The notes under the pieces were generated by a model, which searched no databases, was not told the origin of the DNA, and saw only the letters and a program-made list of their open reading frames with translations. A program made the position numbers and the translations under genes. DNA of 64,000 nt from Chrysomallon squamiferum (taxonomy: Eukaryota; Animalia; Mollusca): assembly GCA_012295275.1 (NCBI GenBank), contig CM022671.1, positions 8,060,001 through 8,124,000 on the forward strand, given 5' to 3'. This document shows, piece by piece, positions 56,410 to 64,000 of this stretch (position 1 is the stretch's first letter; every line of letters begins with the position of its first letter).

Positions 56410-57916
56410 TAATAATAAAAAAAAAAAAAAAAAAAATAAAATAAAATAAATAAATAAAATATATTTCACACAGATAAATGTTTTTGAAAACAACTGAGGT
56501 ATCTGGGAATTTGGTAGGTTTTGCAAATTTTTTTTACTTTATGACCAAATTTGAAAAAAGGAAATAACAACTGAAAAACAAGTAATGTTTGGTTCAGTGT
56601 ATCTGCAAAGTAACAAATTACACATGGAATAATAATGTTTGTAGCTAACCAAACAACAATACAGTCACACAGCATTTTAAAATAAAGATTTACATAAATT
56701 ATAAAACTATGTGATTGTATTTACATTTACATACTAATATTAATAATTATTTACATGTGCTTAATTATGTAAACATTATTATAAACAAAAAATTCTGAAA
56801 ATATTAAGATTTTAAGGATATATAAATGTTGTTTTTAACAAGAACTTCAACATCTATCAATGATACTGAAATACACAGGTGAACTAAAAATTTGGAAATA
56901 TATTATTACACATTAGTCATAAAATTAAAAAATAGCACATTTTAAAATATGTTTTGTAACTGTAGACATATGCATGGACATAGGGAGGCTTGTATTTTAC
57001 AAACTCAACTCATCAACACAAACAATCATGCCAACAATAAAAAAAGAGTTAATAACGAACTATTTCTAATTCTAATTTAGTTACAACTAGAAAAAAAAAA
57101 CAAGAACATTAATTATTAAAAACAATTTTTTGTTAATCTTCTTGATGGTTATTTTATGGTTGATTTATTCTATTTGTAGCAGGAGACTTAAAACAACTTT
57201 ACAGTGAAATGTAATTGATCCATTAATTACACTGGCTTAGACAGCATGCTGCTACACATTACAAAAACTGCAATAATAATGATGCAAGTGATTCAGGGAA
57301 GGAAATCCAGCTTGGGCTTTTGATGACCCAACAAGGATATGACATAATACATACAACTGTTTCAATATTATCAAGGTCATTACCATACAAGAAAGGAAAT
57401 CATAATGCATATTTTCCAACATCCTTAATTTGATTTCACATAACATTAGCCAAAACAAACAAATAAGGATGCTAATAATTTTTTTTTAAAACCACTGCTT
57501 TCCATTTTCAATATTATTTCCAGCATGCATTTTATTGTTGACCAAGTTATTGTTATTTGACATTTAGTCTTTTAATGAACGTGCAGTTTTTGTTTTTTTA
57601 AATTATTATTAACACATCTAATGGATATCTTGTTAAAACTATGTTAGGAAATTCATAAAAATAAAAAATGAATGAAATGCTGTTTAATAAACTGAACTGA
57701 ACAAGCTAACTGAACACTGCAGCACTGATTTTGTTTTTTAAATATGTGTGCTAAAACAATAAAAACAATCATGTAATTGTACACAGATGGAACTCATCAT
57801 TGTGAAACCAAAATCGGAGTATTCTCCCTTCCACCAAAGGGAAGTAATAAAAATGTAATTAACAAAAAAATTTCATGCTGGGTTATTTTTTCATGTCAAC
57901 TAACATAAAATCTGCC

Positions 57917-57947
<31 letters not shown>

Positions 57948-59614
57948 TAATAATAATAAAAAAAAAAAAAAAAAAAAAAAATAAAATAAATAATAATAAA
58001 ATAAAAAAATATAAAAATATAAAAAAAAAAAATGATAAAAAGCCTAAATTAATAAAAAAAAAAAAAAAAAAAAATTAATATTAATAATGAAATAAATTTT
58101 GTTTTAAAAAAATTCCTGGTTTTTGTGGATTAAATTCATGCAACAATTAAAACAAATGACAATGTCAACAAAACATGAAAATGTTTACTCACTGACTGAA
58201 TATCCACAACGTCCTGTGTGTTAAGTACATACATATATGTATTTAGAATGTAAGGGTGCAGCTAACACTCAAAGGTGCATCTACAGTCTGGCTAATCAGT
58301 CAGTAAAACATCTCTATAATTCATACTTAAAACACTGTAATATTTTAGGAGGCATCTACGTTATTATGTAAAACTGAACACTGAATTTCCTGCATTCAAT
58401 ATTTAAATCTGAACTGTAGAGTAATTTGTTCGTGCAGTTATGAAAGAGACTGACAAAACCATGCTAAATTCCTACTCACTAATGATAATGGATTTTTTTA
58501 AAAGAATATTTTTTAAAATCTTTTTATTAAGAAATAAAAAGTAAAACGAAATAAATTTTTTAATGTGAATTCAAAAAAAAAAAAAAATGATTCAATCGGA
58601 ATTTTTTTTTTTAAACACACTCACACACAGATACACATAATATGTAATGAAGATATATGAATAATATGTATTAAATTAAATATATTAATAAATAAATAAA
58701 TAAATTAATGCGTAATATTATTACCTCATCTCCTTTGTAAGGCTGGAACTCAAATTTTTTTGGAAGCATAAACACAGAATTATTAAGTTCCATGAATTTC
58801 TGTTTGTCTGCCCGTGAATCGAGATCTGAGACGTTTTTGTTAATAGACTCAATGGCAGACTGGTAAGTCTGTTTCAGATGTTCATGTATAGACAGATACA
58901 TCATCATTGTGCGTCCCACTGAATTATGATATCCAAAATCCATACACTGAAGTGACAAAATATAATATAATGACTTGACGTTTTATCTGAATAAACAAAT
59001 CAACAAAGAATTGTTAACGGTTATTACTGAAATGAAAATGAAAATTAAATGTGAATTTTAAATAAAATAAAGTAAAAAAAAAATAATAATAATTTTATAT
59101 GTATATAGAAATAGATATTATTATTATTACTTTATATTTGTACGTGTTTTTTTTTAAATGCCAACATTTAAAACAGGATTGAACATTAATTAAAAACTAC
59201 ATACATTTATTTATTTCTTTATTTTAATATAAAAAACAACAAAAAGAATAAAAATAAGAAATGAAGTCTTCCAATGCTGTGCTTTTGGTTAAGTAAAATA
59301 TAAAAAACAAAATACAAAAAGATTTTTTTTTTTTTTGATGTAATAAAAAAAGAAGAAGAAGAAAAAAGTAACACTAACGTCCATTAAATCTGATGTATCA
59401 TCAGAGAAATATTTTGTGATTGCTGCATTGGCTGCTTCTATACATAGCAGATAGTCATTGCGGGCCTTTAGGGCTTTCAGTTTGTTTTCTGCATACTTGG
59501 CCTGACGCTGAAAATAAATACACAGATGTAATACAGTTTAGTAATAATAATAAAAATACATATAGACTGATGTATGAAAAACTAATAATAAAATTTAGTA
59601 TCAGTGAGAATGAC

Positions 59615-59664
<50 letters not shown>

Positions 59665-61394
59665 CAACAACAATAATAACAAAAATAAACACAAACCTAG
59701 GTGTCAGAAGAAGGATAATGAAGATACTAATAATGTAACAATGAAAAAAAAAGAAGAAAAGAAACAGACAAACTCCAATAAAATCCAAACCTATCTAAAG
59801 AAAAAAATGCATATTTTCCATTTTGGTGACTATGTAGTCTAAAATTTAGACACTGGGATTCTTAACATCTGAACTTTTTATATTGAATTTGGATACTAAA
59901 GAATGTGACTTTTATGTAAGTAAAGATACTAGAGGTTCTGTTTATTCTATAAAATATTTGTGAACTGCCACTGAACTTGATTGTAATCTGTGATATCATA
60001 TTAAAATCATTTATATTAAAATTAATTTTTTCATATTTTGATCTTTTAATAATTCAGTTGTGGCTAAAAAAAATTGTCTTCATAACTTTTTTTTTTTTTT
60101 TTTTTTTTTTTTGTCTTTTTCACTGTGTAAACGTTTTTCTTATTTCAATGTTTTGCCAACAAGATAAGCATTCTGCTGATTATTTTTATTTATTTCCGCT
60201 AAAATGAAGAACTCTAACAGTAAAAAACACAGATAATAAATTGTATGTAAACACAGATCCCTGATTACTGTGCCCAGTTTACTTGGTTGTTTTGATTTCC
60301 TGTGAATCTTGGGTTGTCACAAACCAAACCATATCATAATCTTTTGAACTTATGTCTACGTTATGAAGGTCTGATTATCTCAAATGTGATTGGCTAACTC
60401 CACCAAACATCTGCAACTCTTCAGAAGACAGATAAAGAAGAAGAGATGATAAAACATATTTTCAATAGCACAGGTGTATGAATTATCTGTTAGTAATCAC
60501 ATATGTATATCAGCTTGGCAAAGCCTGTTGGGCAATGTCAAAACAAAAAAAAATGGCATGATGCTGAAACCATCTTTATCTTTTTTTTATATATTTTTCT
60601 AGTTTAGTTTTCTAAATTGAGATATATGATGATGCAAGTGAAAAAATGGGTCAGTGCTATAGTCTACAGTTTTGAAATGCTTGAGACCTGATACATTAAT
60701 TTTATTCTTTAGTCTATTTTATAAGCCTTTAAAAGACATTTATAAGAACTCATTGTTTTAATATAAAAAAGAAAGAAAAAAAAAAAAAAAACAAAAATGA
60801 AGTTTGAAAATAAATTATAGTGAAAAAACAAACATGGTACAATATATCTCAAAACCTTTATCACCTAGATACAAACATTCTTTTAACTTTAATATGCAAC
60901 TTCAAAACCTTCATGGAAGCTTGCTGACACTGCAGTTAGGTCAGTTCAGCAGTGGGGAATTTGTTTCTTTTCTATCCCAGATGTTGTAAGTGTGAAATAT
61001 TTCTCTGTCTTGATTCAGAGTCCCTAGATACACATTACAACAGATGTCTACTGAAGTCAAAGACGTTTGTAATCATGTACAAGCTTCTGAAATCTTCAGA
61101 CAGACATGTTCCCTGTTATCCTCTACAGCTCAGAATCAAAAGGTTATCAAATTTAAGTGCAGCGGAGCAGGTAATTTAAGAAGGAGTCTTGTTGGAGCTA
61201 CAGTTTGCAAGTAGTAATCTCATTAAGCTTTGATTTGATAATGGATTGAGGTTTATGTGTTTGAGGCTTGTTAGACAGACACAATCCTGTGAACTGATGA
61301 CGACTTGCTAACGAAAAGAAATGGTGTGGGCAAAACAAGGATTTAATTTTATAAGTGAAGAAATTAAATATATACAATGCTCTTCATCAGAGAG

Positions 61395-61489
<95 letters not shown>

Positions 61490-62327
61490 ACAGCATCTTC
61501 AAAATAAGAGTCAGAGAAAAATGGAAGAGAGAGAGAAAAACAAAAATGGAGAGATTCAGAGAAAGAGAAAAAAGAATGCTTGATAGTTCCATTAAAATGA
61601 ATAAATTTGCTATTTTCTTCCCATCTCACTGATACCTTTTCAGCTTGTCTTTCAAGTCCTTTTAGCTTGCGACTGCTGGTTACATTTTTTCCAGACAACT
61701 GTTGTTCCACTTTGCTTTTTTGGCTTTCCACACTGCGCAGTTTAGACTCAGCCTGCTTGCTTTCAGACTGGTATGCATGGTAGGTCTTCATTGCCTGCAA
61801 GCACAAATAAAACACTTATACCAACAGTTGGTAACTGATCACCTATATACAAAAAAAAATACTTTAAAGCAAATTTTGACACAGCCTGTAATTGTTTCTG
61901 TTCTTCTCTTTCAGTCAGTTAATAATAATATCTTTAAAGCAATAAAAAGAAAACCAACAAAACCCCACAAAAAAAAAAAAATAATAATAATAATAATAAA
62001 ATAAAATAAAAGATGTAAAAAAAAAGGAAAATAAATAAATAACAATAAGATTAAAAATAATAATAAATAAAATAAATAGTATCATTATTATTATTATTAC
62101 TGAAACTTAGAACTTCTGTAGTAGGAAGTAAAGTAAAAAGCAATATAAAGTATGTTTAAGTATGTTACAAAGAGAGAGAGTGAGATGACTTATGAATACT
62201 GACAAGTGTAATTTCTAACATATCTTTTTCTTGTTTTTAATTAACTATGCAGTGCTATACTTACACTTTGAAGTTCATTGAGCACTTTTAACATATCTTC
62301 ATGTGATTCGGCACCAATATCACGACA
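45074..62327 (-). CDS. SRGAP: SLIT-ROBO Rho GTPase-activating protein (srGAP; F-BAR, RhoGAP, SH3), 5'-partial, 16 exons, 938 aa in window
   Basis: 16 GT-AG exons join in frame (2817 nt). F-BAR motifs [28 protein letters not shown]; RhoGAP motifs GIFRVSG (arginine finger), [28 protein letters not shown]; SH3 motif [22 protein letters not shown]. Confidence 0.95.
46307..46487 (-). CDS. SRGAP: srGAP exon, SH3 domain
   Basis: 181 nt, phase 1-2; [35 protein letters not shown]. Confidence 0.95.
47982..48100. repeat. ~35-bp tandem repeat (cctaaatctatttaaaagttagc...), ~3.5 units
   Basis: Directly visible. Confidence 0.8.
48720..49150. repeat. Pyrimidine-rich (C/T) low-complexity tract
   Basis: Very few G on the + strand over ~430 bp. 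Confidence 0.75.
50218..50276 (-). CDS. SRGAP: srGAP exon, acidic linker ([19 protein letters not shown])
   Basis: 59 nt, phase 2-1, cag / gtgaga. Confidence 0.85.
50651..50860 (-). CDS. SRGAP: srGAP exon, RhoGAP end ([23 protein letters not shown]...)
   Basis: 210 nt, phase 2-2. Confidence 0.93.
51107..51212 (-). CDS. SRGAP: srGAP exon, RhoGAP (REEDTN...[11 protein letters not shown])
   Basis: 106 nt, phase 1-2. Confidence 0.92.
51568..51702 (-). CDS. SRGAP: srGAP exon, RhoGAP (GDDPL...[18 protein letters not shown])
   Basis: 135 nt, phase 1-1. Confidence 0.93.
51989..52066 (-). CDS. SRGAP: srGAP exon, RhoGAP arginine finger ([14 protein letters not shown]...)
   Basis: 78 nt, phase 1-1. 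Confidence 0.93.
52258..52318 (-). CDS. SRGAP: srGAP exon, RhoGAP ([20 protein letters not shown])
   Basis: 61 nt, phase 0-1. Confidence 0.92.
52726..52828 (-). CDS. SRGAP: srGAP exon ([12 protein letters not shown]...[12 protein letters not shown])
   Basis: 103 nt, phase 2-0; LFG motif preceding RhoGAP. Confidence 0.9.
53295..53410 (-). CDS. SRGAP: srGAP exon ([20 protein letters not shown]...)
   Basis: 116 nt, phase 0-2. Confidence 0.9.
53905..54901 (-). repeat. 40-bp minisatellite, 24 units, made of the exon 3' end + 5' splice site + intron start
   Basis: + strand unit acttactgacaagtagtatgataataacaaaacagtgaca; CTTACT at 40-bp spacing 53931-54171 and 54322-54882, two irregular units between. 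Confidence 0.95.
54887..55054 (-). CDS. SRGAP: srGAP exon ([10 protein letters not shown]...ETESYYLS)
   Basis: 168 nt, aag acceptor, TCA|gtaagt donor. Confidence 0.9.
55650..55751 (-). CDS. SRGAP: srGAP exon ([10 protein letters not shown]...LKVENDE)
   Basis: 102 nt, phase 0-0. Confidence 0.92.
58725..58946 (-). CDS. SRGAP: srGAP exon (CMDFGYHNS...[11 protein letters not shown])
   Basis: 222 nt, phase 0-0, ORF 58671..58958. Confidence 0.93.
59379..59507 (-). CDS. SRGAP: srGAP exon, F-BAR ([21 protein letters not shown]...DLMD)
   Basis: 129 nt, phase 0-0, srGAP-typical motif. Confidence 0.93.
61404..61485. repeat. (GA)n microsatellite in an srGAP intron
   Basis: Direct. Confidence 0.95.
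61636..61794 (-). CDS. SRGAP: srGAP exon, F-BAR ([13 protein letters not shown]...RQAEK)
   Basis: 159 nt, phase 0-0, within ORF 61387..61815. Confidence 0.92.
62265..62327 (-). CDS. SRGAP: srGAP exon, F-BAR ([21 protein letters not shown])
   Basis: cag acceptor / gtaagt donor, 63 nt, phase 0-0. Confidence 0.9.
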
Positions 62328-63741
62328 CTGAAAGCAAAAACAAAACATTCAGTAATATTGTAAACGAAATAACACATAAAGAAGAAGATTCCTACAAAAT
62401 GTTAGTCTAATAAATACTGGACTCATCAAAATCTTGTATAAAACAATATTAAATAAATCTGGAATAAAATATAGCAGTAATAATAAAACAATTTGCTTGA
62501 TTTACTAATTCCATCAGTTTAATTTTATCTCTTAAGCACTGAGTGTTACAAATATTTTATTCAGTTTCTGAACAATAAAATGTTTATAAAACCCAATAAC
62601 AGATGAATCTAATTCATTTTCATTTTGTTTAACAGAACACAGAGAGTAAAAATGAACATGTATTTCCTGTACTGCTGTTTTAGTTTATTTATTTTAATGA
62701 ATTTATTTATTATGAACTTACTTATTTAATTATTAACCAGATGTAACTGAAAACTTAAATTGTAACAGATGCTGTATCTAACTGTGGTAATCCATAAAAT
62801 AAGTGATACAAAATTATGTTAAATGTAATTACACATTGCCAAAAATCTTGACAGTCAGTTAGAACCATTTTTCATAAACATTTTGCACTTGAGACAGTGA
62901 TAATAAGCTGAATTAAGTTCATGTTCGTTTGTGATTATTTCCTAGAGAAAATATAATCAATGGCTCTTTCTCATAATTGTTAATTTTACTCATGGGACAC
63001 ACGACTTGAATGTGCCAGACAATGTCTCCACACAAGTTGTCAACAGCTGCTGGACGGAACACAACAGGAAACCTGTTCCATAACCATTTGTTTGAGAAAG
63101 TCAAACACCTAATGTGCATTACTTTTCATGATGTCATGTTTATGAATTATAATCAATAAAAATGTTTTCTTTCTTCCAGAACAGTAGGAAAAAAGGAAAA
63201 AAAAAAAAAAAGAAAGAAAGAAAGGAAAAGTATGTCTCAGTTCATCAGAAAAGAAGGTAGAAATAGGAGAAAAAAAAAGGAAAAGAAAATTTCTGTTCAG
63301 ACAGCACATGTTACATGTTGTAAAACTCTGAACTTTGTGACTTATTTTCCATTCAGTGACTGAAGTTGTCTAGAACTTGTACAGATTTTAATAATACCAC
63401 TGAATTATTTTTCTCTCTCTGTGTGTCATTCCCCTAAGATTCCCATCTTCTTTTTGTACACATACACAAACAGTGATTATACAATTGATTTCTTACATCT
63501 GATCTATAACCAGCTTGACTGAACTTTTTGTCTAACATTTATGCTTAAACTGAAGAGAATTTAAACTTTATTTATTTGGTTTTTGTTTGCTTTTTGTTGT
63601 TATTTTAACCTGATCAGTAGTTTTATATTATTTCTAAATTACTAGCTCAAAACATATCCAAATCTTTTTTTTTTTTTCAATGTACCAGCTGACAAAAAAT
63701 CACATATAAAAAGAAAATAAATATAAAATATTTAATAATAT

Positions 63742-63772
<31 letters not shown>

Positions 63773-64000
63773 AAATAATAATAAAAATAATAACAATAAT
63801 AACAATAATACTGATACTAATAATAATAATAATAAAATACTAATACTAAAACTACCTCTAAAATATTTTTTTAAAAATCAAGTGAAAGAACCCATGATCT
63901 CGTACACCTCACCTAGATTCTCTACAATGAATTCAATACATCATCATTACACTACTCAGATATGCACAGTCATCTGATAGCAACCTGATAGTCAACAGAT

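Noticed and set aside
63905-64000. Possible upstream srGAP exon ending at a - strand gtgag donor near 63912
   Set aside because: The required phase-0 frame ends in TAG and shows no F-BAR similarity; the 5' exons lie outside the window.

Overview
AT-rich, microsatellite-rich eukaryotic (metazoan, probably invertebrate; species not determinable) genomic DNA. Two convergent spliced genes were reconstructed by hand from splice signals. (1) A + strand 6-exon gene (21733..33538, ~982 aa) with a divergent NRF1/Erect-wing-like DNA-binding domain, a C2HC zinc finger and a long Ser/Lys-rich tail. Its first intron carries two identical C/D-box snoRNAs recognisable as U15/SNORD15. (2) A - strand srGAP (F-BAR, RhoGAP, SH3) with 16 coding exons in the window (62327..45074, 938 aa); its 5' exons lie beyond the window. 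One srGAP intron starts with a ~1 kb array of 24 copies of its own exon/5'-splice-site junction, and the stop-codon region is also reiterated in the 3' UTR. The first ~21 kb is mostly non-coding: MITEs, local duplications, degenerate minisatellites and scattered splice signals of a possible small gene. No CRISPR, tRNA or rRNA seen. Homology calls come from recalled sequences, not database searches.
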